Positions 21,131 to 30,666 of a DNA stretch of 41,483 nt are shown in pieces (position 1 is the stretch's first letter; every line of letters starts with the position of its first letter). This DNA is from Candidatus Bathyarchaeia archaeon. Its GTDB lineage: Archaea > Thermoproteota > Bathyarchaeia > Bathyarchaeales > Bathycorpusculaceae. The notes under the pieces are model-generated. The model was not told where the DNA came from and did no database searches. It saw only the letters and a program-made list of their open reading frames with translations. Made by a program: the position numbers and the translations under genes. The stretch covers positions 1-41,483 of the forward strand of contig JBMFOB010000013.1 of the NCBI GenBank assembly GCA_049969855.1, written 5' to 3'.

Positions 21131-21365
21131 TCCCTCATAGCACTATAGGGTTCGTGAAAATTATCATTTACTGTTCGCCAAAACACCAGTGTAAGCGCTT
21201 TCATTTACAAAAAGAAAAGATGATTCGATTAGATTGTTAATAATTGACAAGACAAGAATAAAACCTAGAGGGGAAGGGGCTAGAGAAACCTAGGGAGCCT
21301 ATCCTAACTTAACAATATTAACCAAACCATAAATTAACATAAATGCAACCCCACATTAAAGAAAA

Positions 21366-21439
21366 AGCCTCGGGCGGGATTCGAACCCGCGACCACCGCC
21401 TTACCAAGGCGATGCCCCACCAGGCTAGGCCACCGAGGC
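21366..21439 (-). tRNA. tRNA-Thr(GGT)
   Basis: Reverse complement GCCTCGG...TCGCC TTGGTAA GGCGG...GGTTCGAATCC..CCGAGGC folds as a cloverleaf. Confidence 0.95.
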
Positions 21440-21524
21440 ATACTAACAACATGAGACAAATAATTTTATTATTTAGGTGTTATTTTAGGATTCTTCACAT
21501 CTAATAATTAAAAGCTTAAAACGC

Positions 21525-21609
21525 GCGGGGGTCGCCGAGCCTGGTCAAAGGCGCAAGGCTTAGGACCTTGTCCCGTAGGGGTTCGTGGGTTCGAATCCCA
21601 CCCCCCGCA
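21525..21609 (+). tRNA. tRNA-Leu(TAG)
   Basis: GCGGGGG...CAAGG CTTAGGA CCTTG, long variable arm, GTGGGTTCGAATCCCAC CCCCCGC A. Confidence 0.96.
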
Positions 21610-21696
21610 CTGAATCTCACTTGAAAGTTTAAAAATGTCAGCTTCAAGATGTGGGAAACATTTGAATTCTAAATACAAACCAGCGTATCGTAATGT

Positions 21697-22068
21697 TTAA
21701 TATACTGGTTCCAATTCGCTCTCGCTTGGAATGAAAGGAAGTTTCTGCTCAACCATAAACTTTAGCAATTCAATATTTAACCCTTCCATGCGAAGATAAT
21801 CTTTGAAAGCGTCAAACACCAAATCCTTTACTCCACCACCATAATTCACAGTATTTAAGAAGTTAATAACTGATTCTGGGTTCAAAGTAACACTATGCCT
21901 CAACAAGTTTTTTCAAAGCTCTAACCTTACGCTCCACAGTAGAAGCCTTCAAACTCTTTAAACCCAAAAGAAAACCAAGATGTTTAGCTAAAACCTCACT
22001 ATGCTCAAAGGGAGTTAATAAAAACCTACTGTTCTTATAATGGTGCGGGGGGTGGGATTCGAACCCAC
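21697..22068 (-). pseudogene. Decayed split-type (tRNA-att-containing) integrase fragment
   Basis: Reads GFESHPPH through the att copy, then a SAM-like segment; frameshift in the T6 run at 21908-21913; ends at KLPFIPSESEL with no catalytic domain. Confidence 0.7.
22043..22068 (-). repeat. 26-bp perfect inverted copy of the tRNA-Leu 3' end (att-like)
   Basis: GTGCGGGGGGTGGGATTCGAACCCAC is the exact reverse complement of 21585-21610. Confidence 0.95.
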
Positions 22069-22122
22069 CACATCGTGGCGATATCTCCCGCAAATCCCCT
22101 CTTTTTCTGTTTTTGGGTTTAA

Positions 22123-23079
22123 TTGGTGTTTCTTTTGCTTTTAAAGTTTGATTCTGAAGTTTCTGAGTTTCTTTCTGTTTTGAAGGGTGGAACGCGTAAT
22201 GTTTATCGTCGGGGTTTAGCGTCTTTTCAAGAGTTTTATTCAAGTCACGGTTCTATAAAGGATTTCTTAGATCGTGTTGAAAAAGATAGGTTTTTGCCGA
22301 GAAATCAGAGAGAACGTGTGGATCGCTTAACGCTTAATGGTTTTGTGGCTTGGCTTCAGGATAGAGGCTACAGCCCAAAGACAGTTAGGATTTATGTTGG
22401 GGCTGTTCAAAGTTTAGCCAAATATTTTGACGTTCCAATTAGCTTACGCTACGTGCAATTGCCGACATCTCAGCCAGTTAGCAAAAAACACCCATGGACA
22501 ATTGAAGAAGTATGCTATTTCATAGCCTTAGTGGATAAGCCACTGTATAAGAGTATAGCAGCCTCAATCCTTCAAAGCGGCTTAAGCCTTTCCGATCTTT
22601 TATCCCTAAAATACGGCGACATCAAAGAAGAATTTGAAAGGGGCATAGCGCCTATATGCCTAAGTTTGACACGAAAAAAGACAGGTATAGCCTTCACAAC
22701 GTTCTTGGGCGACTGGGCTGTTAAGTTGCTTACAGATTATTTAGCCGATCGTAAACTTGAGGAAGAAACACCAATTTATCAAGTATCATCGAGGGCTGTC
22801 CTCGCCTATTTCCATAAAACAGCCCAAAAGTTTGCTGGAAAATTTAAAGGCAGAAACCCATACAGCCCTCATTCGCTTAGAGCAGCCCTCCGCACTTTTC
22901 TAAGCGACCACAAAGTTGATCCGCTATATATAGAGTTCTGGATGGGCCATAAAACGCCGGAGCAGCAAAGCGCATACATTAATAAAAGCATTGAAAGCTG
23001 GCGCCAAACATACCGCGAACAAGCAGAACCACACCTAACACCACCACAATATAAAACGACATCATTTAGCAGCAACTAA
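22123..23079 (+). CDS. Tyrosine recombinase (Xer/integrase-like), atypical box I
   Basis: SAM-like N-domain (YSPKTVRIY), QSGLSLSDL, RKKT, PHSLR, WMGH, SAY. Confidence 0.88.
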   Translation: MVFLLLLKFDSEVSEFLSVLKGGTRNVYRRGLASFQEFYSSHGSIKDFLDRVEKDRFLPRNQRERVDRLTLNGFVAWLQDRGYSPKTVRIYVGAVQSLAKYFDVPISLRYVQLPTSQPVSKKHPWTIEEVCYFIALVDKPLYKSIAASILQSGLSLSDLLSLKYGDIKEEFERGIAPICLSLTRKKTGIAFTTFLGDWAVKLLTDYLADRKLEEETPIYQVSSRAVLAYFHKTAQKFAGKFKGRNPYSPHSLRAALRTFLSDHKVDPLYIEFWMGHKTPEQQSAYINKSIESWRQTYREQAEPHLTPPQYKTTSFSSN

Positions 23080-23085
23080 CAGAAA
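23060..23085 (+). repeat. dif-like site S1
   Basis: CATCATTTAG-CAGCAA-CTAACAGAAA; right arm 10/10, left arm 6/10 to consensus; contains the recombinase stop codon. Confidence 0.6.
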
Positions 23086-23139
23086 GTCCTTCAAGCTTAG
23101 GAGTTTGGCTTCTTTTTTAAAACTAGATTAAACGTTTAA

Positions 23140-24231
23140 TTATAATAATATGCTTCCGGATTTCTTGTTAAATATGTATATTTTGTCTTTTCTAATGGTC
23201 ATCCAGATTTTTTCTCCTATTTTTGCCCTAAATGTTGCATTCTCTTTTACTTTGAAAATTGTTTCGCCCATCTTTATGTCTACAATTACTTCAGATCCTA
23301 GTGGTTCTAAGGTGAAGATCTCGCCTTGTATGGCATCTTTCTTTTCCTTTTTCTCTAATGTTATGTCTTCCGGTCTGATTCCAAGGACTAATTCTTCGTC
23401 GATGTTTTTGTCTTTAAGTACTTCAACCAGATAATCTTCAAGTGGTAATTTGAATATGCCTGTATCAAGATAGAGTTTTTCTGCTTCTTTTGTTAAATGA
23501 CAGTCGATGAAGTTCATTGGTGGGCTTCCGATGAATCCTGCTGTGAAAATGTTGCTTGGATGTTGGTATAATTCTTCTGGTGATCCTACTTGCTGAAGTA
23601 TGCCTTGATTAAGGAGGGCTACTCTGTCTGCCATTGTCATGGCTTCGACTTGGTCGTGGGTGACGTAAATTGTTGTTATTCCCAAGTCTTTTTGGAGCCT
23701 TTTTAGTTCAGCTCTCATGTATATTCGCAGTTTTGCGTCTAAATTGCTTAGAGGCTCGTCCATGAGGAATGCTTTTGGCTCGCGAATGAGGGCTCTGCCC
23801 AAGGCGACTCGCTGGGCTTCTCCACCGCTTAATTGTTTTGGTTTTCTATCTAATAAGTGGGCGATTTTTAGTAGCTCGGCAACTTTTTTAACCCTTTGAT
23901 CTATTTCCGAGTTTGCGACAGCTTTAACCTTTAAAGGGAAGGCTATGTTTTCATAGGCTGTCATGTGTGGGTAAAGGGCATAGCTTTGAAAAACCATGGC
24001 TACGTCACGTTCTTTTGGAGGCAAATCGTTGACTAAGGTATCTCCAACATAGATTTCGCCTTCGTCTTGTGTTTCAAGTCCGGCTATGCAACGGAGTACT
24101 GTTGTTTTTCCACAGCCAGAAGGCCCGAGTAGCACCAAAAATTCTTTGTCTTTAACCTCTAAACTTAGATTGTTTACTGCTACAACGTTTCCGAAACGTT
24201 TTGTCAAGTTTTTAAGCAAAATTCTTGCCAT
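23140..24231 (-). CDS. malK: Sugar ABC transporter ATPase MalK
   Basis: GPSGCGKTT, VFQSYALYPHM, LSGGE, DEPLSNLDAKLR, TOBE tail. Confidence 0.95.
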   Translation of the reverse strand: MARILLKNLTKRFGNVVAVNNLSLEVKDKEFLVLLGPSGCGKTTVLRCIAGLETQDEGEIYVGDTLVNDLPPKERDVAMVFQSYALYPHMTAYENIAFPLKVKAVANSEIDQRVKKVAELLKIAHLLDRKPKQLSGGEAQRVALGRALIREPKAFLMDEPLSNLDAKLRIYMRAELKRLQKDLGITTIYVTHDQVEAMTMADRVALLNQGILQQVGSPEELYQHPSNIFTAGFIGSPPMNFIDCHLTKEAEKLYLDTGIFKLPLEDYLVEVLKDKNIDEELVLGIRPEDITLEKKEKKDAIQGEIFTLEPLGSEVIVDIKMGETIFKVKENATFRAKIGEKIWMTIRKDKIYIFNKKSGSILL

Positions 24232-24261
24232 CTTTCCACCTCTTTCTACTTGGGGAGATGT

Positions 24262-25113
24262 TCACCGCTTAACCCCTCCCATTGCCAGTCCCGCCTGCAA
24301 ATACCTTTGAGCAAATAGGTACATAACTATCACCGGAATAGCGTAAAGAAGGGATGTGGCGGCGAATACATTCCAATTGGTTGCTGGGCTTGCGAGGAGC
24401 TGGTTGAGCTCAAGTGGGAGGGTGTAGTTTTCATCACTGAGAAGGATTGTTTGAGCAATTATAAATTCGCTCCAGCTTCCCATAAAGGAGAAGACGGCAA
24501 CTGTAGCTATGCCTGGTTTGGCTATTGGTAACAAAACCTTAAACATAATGTCTAAGTAAGATGCGCCGTCCACGAGGGCTGCTTCATCGAAATCTTTTGG
24601 AATGGTATCAAAATAAGTTTTTAGAAGCCATGTGTTAAATGGCACTCCGCCTGAAGCATAAATTAAAGCAAGTATTACGAGGGAATTAAGGAGATTGAAG
24701 TAGTTAAGGATTGCATAAAGAGCTATAAGCCCAGCGAGTCCCATGCCCCCGGCAAACTGGTTAAAAGCAAAATAACCGTAGAGAAGAGAGCTTCTTCCAA
24801 CAAATTTGAACCGTGAAAAGGCGTAGGCAGAAGGTATGACAAGTATTAATGTTATCGCAAGAGATAGCAGTGAGACGATTAGACTATTAACAAGTCTCGG
24901 AATGAAACGAGATGTAGAACCAAACAAAACATCATTGTATACTTTAAGGGTTATTTCATGAGGTATAAACTCGAATGGTTGAAAAACACTTGTTTTAGGG
25001 CTAAAGGAAGAAATTATAATAACGTAGATGGGAAAAACAAGTATTGCCACTATGACTACTGCAATAAAAGTTGTGAGCACCATCAAAAGTTTCTTATCAA
25101 TCCCTATCTTCAT
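24262..25113 (-). CDS. malG: Maltodextrin ABC permease MalG
   Basis: DEAALVDGA EAA loop; 6 TM segments. Confidence 0.9.
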   Translation of the reverse strand: MKIGIDKKLLMVLTTFIAVVIVAILVFPIYVIIISSFSPKTSVFQPFEFIPHEITLKVYNDVLFGSTSRFIPRLVNSLIVSLLSLAITLILVIPSAYAFSRFKFVGRSSLLYGYFAFNQFAGGMGLAGLIALYAILNYFNLLNSLVILALIYASGGVPFNTWLLKTYFDTIPKDFDEAALVDGASYLDIMFKVLLPIAKPGIATVAVFSFMGSWSEFIIAQTILLSDENYTLPLELNQLLASPATNWNVFAATSLLYAIPVIVMYLFAQRYLQAGLAMGGVKR

Positions 25114-25114
25114 T

Positions 25115-26044
25115 TCACTCCACCGTTATTTTACCCAATTTTAACCCAGCATATGAAAAAGCCAAAATTATTAGCGAAACCAAAACGAAAAAGGTAGCTG
25201 CAACTCCCATCGAGCCGTATATCCCAGGATTTTGGAACGCTTGCTTGTAGCCCCAAACCATTACCAATTCATTTTGGTTTGCGGGTCCCCCGGAGTTGAG
25301 CAGGTATGGAACCATGAACGCTTGGAAGGATGCTCCTGATGTTAGAACTATCCCGAACAATAAAGGTCTCCATATTAGTGGAATAGTTATGTATCTAAGT
25401 CTCTGCCATGCTGATGCTCCATCAACTCTAGCTGAATCGTGAAGTTCGAGTGGTACACTTTGAAGGGCTGCTAGGATGACCGTCATCATAAATGGATATG
25501 CGAGCCATACTTCAACAATGTTGTAAGCTACGAAGGCATTAGTGGCATCATTAAGCCAGTTAACCCTTGGAAGCCCTATCGCTTGCAATATTCCATTTAT
25601 TGCCCCGAAATCATAGTAAAAAAGTCCTCTCCAAGTTAAGATTGATAACACTGCAGGTAACGTCCATGGAAGAATAAGCAGCGACCTTAGAACGCTACGA
25701 CCTTTTATTGTTTGCAGGTTAAAGAGTACTGCCAGTGCTAAGCCAAATAAGACTTTTAATGGAACGCTTGTGGCTACAAATAGGAAAGTTCTTCCGAGTA
25801 CATAATAGAATCTCGTATCTCCGCTGAATAATAATTTTTCAAAGTTTCTTAAGCCTATAAATTGATATTTTCCAGTTATGTTGCCAAAATATGCATCTGT
25901 GAAGCCCAAATAAATAGAGAATATGATGGGATACAAATTGAGAACAAAGAAAATAAGCAGTCCGGGAATTATGAATAGGTATGCCTTATTGGTCTTCCAG
26001 GTGCTTCTCGCTTTGACCTTTCTTTCAGGTTGTTTTTTTCCCAA
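25115..26044 (-). CDS. malF: Maltodextrin ABC permease MalF
   Basis: LILPW, DSARVDGASAWQRLRYITIP. Confidence 0.9.
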   Translation of the reverse strand: MGKKQPERKVKARSTWKTNKAYLFIIPGLLIFFVLNLYPIIFSIYLGFTDAYFGNITGKYQFIGLRNFEKLLFSGDTRFYYVLGRTFLFVATSVPLKVLFGLALAVLFNLQTIKGRSVLRSLLILPWTLPAVLSILTWRGLFYYDFGAINGILQAIGLPRVNWLNDATNAFVAYNIVEVWLAYPFMMTVILAALQSVPLELHDSARVDGASAWQRLRYITIPLIWRPLLFGIVLTSGASFQAFMVPYLLNSGGPANQNELVMVWGYKQAFQNPGIYGSMGVAATFFVLVSLIILAFSYAGLKLGKITVE

Positions 26045-26048
26045 TTTA

Positions 26049-27287
26049 TTAACCCTGATGTTCAGCTAAAGCACTAAGCGCCTTCCCTTGCGCTTCGCTT
26101 AATACAACTTCAGGAGTTCTATCCCCAAAGTTTGGATACAACAGAAACAGCTCATTTATGGCATCTGTTATAGGGGTCCAAACTAAAGCCATTTCGCTGC
26201 TCTTTGGCATGGGTATACCCATTTCAACTTGTTTAGCGAAAGTTGACACTATTTCGTCTGCTTGAATTTCAGGCAATTCAAGAACTTCTTTAAGAACTGG
26301 GATGAAACCAAACTGTAAAGCGCGTTGCTTTATGAACTCCGTGTTTGTCGCAAACCACTTCATAAAGGTGAAAGCCTTTTGTTTATCATACACGGAACTT
26401 GACATCCAAATAACTTTAATTCCAGTGTAAGGCTTGGGCCATGCGTCTATCTCGTCTATCTTTGGTAATGTTGTAATTCCAAAGTTCATATTTAAGCCTT
26501 TGAGGTAGCCTATTCCCCAGGGGCCGTCTACAAGAAACGGCGTTTGGTTTCCAGTGAAAAGTGCAACTTGCGCATCTCGACCAGTATCTGCTGACATGTA
26601 AGGCTGAAACTTTTCCAAGAAATAAGTTATTCCGTTGATGGTTCCCGTGGTGTTCAACCCAGGAGTTTTAGTTGTATCATTAAAGTAGTATCCTCCGAAG
26701 CCGTGGGGCCATGCAGAAACATAATAGGGGTCAACGGGATAAGCTATGCCATACTTGCCCTGATTATTCCAAAAACTTTTCATCATGTCCTCAAGCTGGC
26801 TCATGTTTTGAGGAGGTTCAGAAACCATATCCTTGTTATATAACAAGGCCACAGTTTCTGCAGCATATGGCAAGGCATAAACTGAACCATTGTAAGTGCA
26901 AGCGTCCCATGCAGCATCCAAGAATTTAGATTTTAACTCCTCTGTAACAAATTCGTCTATAGGCGTTATGTATCCCGGTTCAGCTATGGTTCCAACCCAA
27001 TCATGAGCCCACATAAAAAGGTCTGGACCCTTACCTGTTGGCAAAGCCGCTAGAAGTGCGGTTTTCAAGTCTGCCCTGTTGAGAATTTCGACGGTAATAT
27101 TTGGGTAAATCTGCCTAAAGGATGAGTTGACGAAGGATTTTATGAATTGCTCTTCTTCGGGGAGCACTTGAATCCAAACTATAACATCCGCTCTGGTGCT
27201 TTTGGGCCATAGAAAATAAGTTGCAACTCCAGCTACAACTATTATGGCAATTATAATAGTGATTTTCAATTTTCGAGTTACAGTCAA
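26049..27287 (-). CDS. malE: Maltodextrin-binding protein MalE
   Basis: N-terminal anchor, GPDLFMWAHDW, ALPYAAETVALLYNK, DGPW, PMP. Confidence 0.9.
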   Translation of the reverse strand: MTVTRKLKITIIIAIIVVAGVATYFLWPKSTRADVIVWIQVLPEEEQFIKSFVNSSFRQIYPNITVEILNRADLKTALLAALPTGKGPDLFMWAHDWVGTIAEPGYITPIDEFVTEELKSKFLDAAWDACTYNGSVYALPYAAETVALLYNKDMVSEPPQNMSQLEDMMKSFWNNQGKYGIAYPVDPYYVSAWPHGFGGYYFNDTTKTPGLNTTGTINGITYFLEKFQPYMSADTGRDAQVALFTGNQTPFLVDGPWGIGYLKGLNMNFGITTLPKIDEIDAWPKPYTGIKVIWMSSSVYDKQKAFTFMKWFATNTEFIKQRALQFGFIPVLKEVLELPEIQADEIVSTFAKQVEMGIPMPKSSEMALVWTPITDAINELFLLYPNFGDRTPEVVLSEAQGKALSALAEHQG

Positions 27288-27412
27288 CCGTTTTCACCGT
27301 CAATCTTTAATTATCTCGCAATAAGTTTTTATGTGTTTCTTATCCGTTGTATATGTGGAGAGAAACAATTTTAAGATAACTAATGATATAACTTGTAAGC
27401 AGAGGGAAAAAC

Positions 27413-30400
27413 ATGAAAAAAATAGTCTTTACAATACTTTCAATAATATTGGCGCTTAATGTGTTGAACTGTTTTTATCCGGCCTCTGCTGCTGAACAAC
27501 CGTTAAACCTTATTATAATCTGGCACTTCCATCAACCATTCTATTTCGATCCGTCACAAGGAGTTTACATGCTGCCATGGGTTCGGATACATTCCGTATC
27601 CAACTATTACAAAATGGCTCAAATAGTGTCAAATTATCCTCAAATAAAAGTGACATTCACGTTCACTGGTTCTTTGTTGATGCAGTTAAACGATTATGTG
27701 GTAAATAATGCAACTGACATTCACGAGGAGATATCGCAAAAAATTGCAAAGAATGAAAGCTTGACGGTTGACGAGAAATTTTTCATGCTTAAAATCCCAG
27801 GAGGCTTCTTCGACATAAACTGGAACAATATCGTTATGGAGTACGCACGGTACAAAAATCTGAAAATTAAAAGGGACAGTCGCTTCAATCTTTTTAAAGA
27901 TTTGCCACTAGACGAAATGAAACAGCGGATAGTTGAACAATTCAGCGATCAAGAGTTCATAGATTTAGCAACACTCTTTAATCTATTATGGATAGACCCA
28001 GAAATCCGAAACGCTGATTCAACACTTAGTAACATGACGACACGTGCGAATACAGCAAATCCGCTTTTTACAAGGGATGAACTTGCATATGTTTTAGAAA
28101 AACACAAGGAAATAATGGCTATGGTGATACCCGCCCACAAAGCATTACAAGATGCAAACCAAACAGAGACCATACCATCGCCATATACGCACCCAATCAT
28201 GCCTTTACTAGCTGATTTTGGTTGGCAAGATGACTTGGATGCACAAATAAAGAAGGGCATAGAACTTTACGAGACCTACTTTAATAAGACTCCAGCGGGA
28301 ATGTGGGCTCCCGAAATGGCTGTAAACGAGGAATCTGTAAGAATTATGGCTGAAAACGGAATTTTGTGGACTGCAACAGATCAAAACGTTTTGGAGTTGG
28401 CAGGCGTAAACATAAGCGACCCAATAGAATTATATGCTGGATACAAGGTTGACGTAACCCCCAACATAAATATTCTATTTAGGGACACCGATCTTTCAGA
28501 CTCCATAGGTTTTAGATACGCCAGCAAAACCACAAGCGAAGCCATCGACGATTTCGTGAACAGAATACTCACCATCGAACAGTACAACACTGATGGCAAA
28601 ATGGTGCTCACAATAGCCCTTGACGGCGAAAATCCGTGGGAGAGCTATATTAACAATGGAGACGATTTTCTACATGCTCTATATGCAAACTTAACGCAAC
28701 TTCAAAACGAGGGCAAAATAAGAACCATAACCCCTCACGAATATTTTGCAACATACACAATAGATAAGGTTGTGCCTACAACCACACAGGAAGTTCTCAA
28801 CCTAACAACATTAGACATATCCAACATAACCAGATACGAACAACTGCCCTTCACAATCAAGAACCAAAAACTACCAGAAAGCTCCTGGTCGGGAAAAGAC
28901 ATGCGCTTAAGAATTTGGATAGGGGATAAGCAAGAAAACGTAGCCCACATGTGGGTAAAGGCTGCCAGAGAAAACCTAACAGCATACATAAATGCTAATC
29001 CTGGATGGAATTCAACAGAAGCCATGGACGCTTTATATCGTGCCGAAGCCTCTGATTGGTGCTTCTGGTATGGTCATGACATGGGAAGCCCAGAAACCTT
29101 TGACCCGATTTTCAAAGTTTATTTGAAAAGAATCTACGAACTTATTGGACAAACGCCTCCAGACTATTTAGACGCAAAATTCTATCCGGATGGAGAACCA
29201 AAGGCGATAATAGAAGCAAAACCATCGCTGGCAACGCCTACAATTGATGGAATAATGGAAGCTTTGGAATGGAAGGGAAACTTCACACTTTCAGTAAATG
29301 GAACTTGGATGGACAAGGTGGTGATAAGCATGGATTATGAAAATTTATATCTGGCAATTATACCACAAGCTAATGTAAATATAACAGAACAATTCGGGAA
29401 AGAACTTTTCATAGGAATTTACACCTCAAGCCCAAGAATAAGCTATAGTCCATATAAGCTTGAGTATAACGTTTGGGCAAGATATCAGACTCTACGAAAT
29501 GAAACGCTTGGATTTGCCATATACACAGAGGCCAGCATATGGTTTAATGAAACAACCCAAATCAGCCAAAAGTTAAAGCTGTCAATAGCAGATGGAAAAG
29601 GCAATTTTACAACAATAGGCGAACTCAACACAGTTGCAATAAACGAAACTATTGAAATGGCTATTCCTTTTGCAAACTTGACACTTCAAGGAAAAGACCC
29701 AGCCTATTTGGGTGTGGTTGTGGCAGAAAACCAGACCATAATCGATATGTCTTCAAAATACGACACGCCAGTATATTTCCAAGTGGCAAGCGCTCCAGTG
29801 TGGGGTGAAATCATATTCCAATATCCAGACCCAGAGGGCGACGATTACGGCCCTGGAACTTACACCTATCCAACAAGTTCCGAGTTTGTTGATGGATGCT
29901 TTGATCTGCTCAACTTTACCGTAAGCAAACTGGATACAAACAATATGTTTAAGTTCAAATTCAAAGTTTTAGGCGGCAACCCATGGAATGGCCCCTACGG
30001 CTTCTCACTACAATACATACACGTATACATCGACACGGATGGTGTTAGCGGTTCCGGAAGAACAGATACCTTCGGAGCAAGAGTTAACGTATCAGCTGCT
30101 GATGCATGGGAGATCGCTTTACGAATAGGCCCAGGCTGGTCTGGAAGCAACATAGTAACTTTTGCCAACGGCACCGAATTAACCGAAGTCATGGCAATCG
30201 AGCCGGAAGGAGAAGACACTATTGTGGCGAAGGTTCCTATGGACATTATTGGAGAGGTTAATGAAACCTGGAAATACGTTGTATTAGTGCTTAGTTGGGA
30301 TGGATACGCCACAAACAAAATACGAGAAATAGGCGTGACAGCCCAAGCCTATCTTGGAGGGGGAGCTGAAGCGGATGCTGTCATTGCCGGCGTTCAACCA

Positions 30401-30634
30401 TACGTTTATGATCTCCTCGCACCACAAGGCAAGAACCAAACAGACATCCTCAAGTCTTATTCCATTGCTGAAACAAAATATGCCACAGTTTATGCTGTTG
30501 GAATTGAAGCCGCACCGCCACCTTCACAACCACCTACTATACCCACAGAGTGGATCATCGCAGTAATCGTAGTGATTTTGGTTATAGTCATTCTATCTGT
30601 CACAGTGTGGCTTAGGAAAAGAAAGAAAAAGTAA
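27413..30634 (+). CDS. apu: GH57 amylopullulanase, membrane-anchored, with glucodextranase/DOMON-like C-domains
   Basis: Signal peptide, WHFHQP, WAPE, ALDGENPWE, AEASDWCFWYG, DPEGDDYGPGTYTYP, C-terminal TM plus basic tail. Confidence 0.92.
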   Translation: MKKIVFTILSIILALNVLNCFYPASAAEQPLNLIIIWHFHQPFYFDPSQGVYMLPWVRIHSVSNYYKMAQIVSNYPQIKVTFTFTGSLLMQLNDYVVNNATDIHEEISQKIAKNESLTVDEKFFMLKIPGGFFDINWNNIVMEYARYKNLKIKRDSRFNLFKDLPLDEMKQRIVEQFSDQEFIDLATLFNLLWIDPEIRNADSTLSNMTTRANTANPLFTRDELAYVLEKHKEIMAMVIPAHKALQDANQTETIPSPYTHPIMPLLADFGWQDDLDAQIKKGIELYETYFNKTPAGMWAPEMAVNEESVRIMAENGILWTATDQNVLELAGVNISDPIELYAGYKVDVTPNINILFRDTDLSDSIGFRYASKTTSEAIDDFVNRILTIEQYNTDGKMVLTIALDGENPWESYINNGDDFLHALYANLTQLQNEGKIRTITPHEYFATYTIDKVVPTTTQEVLNLTTLDISNITRYEQLPFTIKNQKLPESSWSGKDMRLRIWIGDKQENVAHMWVKAARENLTAYINANPGWNSTEAMDALYRAEASDWCFWYGHDMGSPETFDPIFKVYLKRIYELIGQTPPDYLDAKFYPDGEPKAIIEAKPSLATPTIDGIMEALEWKGNFTLSVNGTWMDKVVISMDYENLYLAIIPQANVNITEQFGKELFIGIYTSSPRISYSPYKLEYNVWARYQTLRNETLGFAIYTEASIWFNETTQISQKLKLSIADGKGNFTTIGELNTVAINETIEMAIPFANLTLQGKDPAYLGVVVAENQTIIDMSSKYDTPVYFQVASAPVWGEIIFQYPDPEGDDYGPGTYTYPTSSEFVDGCFDLLNFTVSKLDTNNMFKFKFKVLGGNPWNGPYGFSLQYIHVYIDTDGVSGSGRTDTFGARVNVSAADAWEIALRIGPGWSGSNIVTFANGTELTEVMAIEPEGEDTIVAKVPMDIIGEVNETWKYVVLVLSWDGYATNKIREIGVTAQAYLGGGAEADAVIAGVQPYVYDLLAPQGKNQTDILKSYSIAETKYATVYAVGIEAAPPPSQPPTIPTEWIIAVIVVILVIVILSVTVWLRKRKKK

Positions 30635-30666
30635 CATACACAATAAACACATTCCCCTTTTTTTAA

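Noticed and set aside
21231-21330. GTTAA/TTAAC elements as further dif-like sites
   Set aside because: Wrong spacer length or missing second arm.
22069-22243. N-terminal part of minus-strand ORF 21893-22243 as a true integrase N-terminus
   Set aside because: Largely antisense to the intact recombinase; only the part from the att copy onward looks integrase-like.
27288-27412. TrmB/TGM operator in the malE-apu divergent promoter
   Set aside because: No TATCAC-N5-GTGATA match found.
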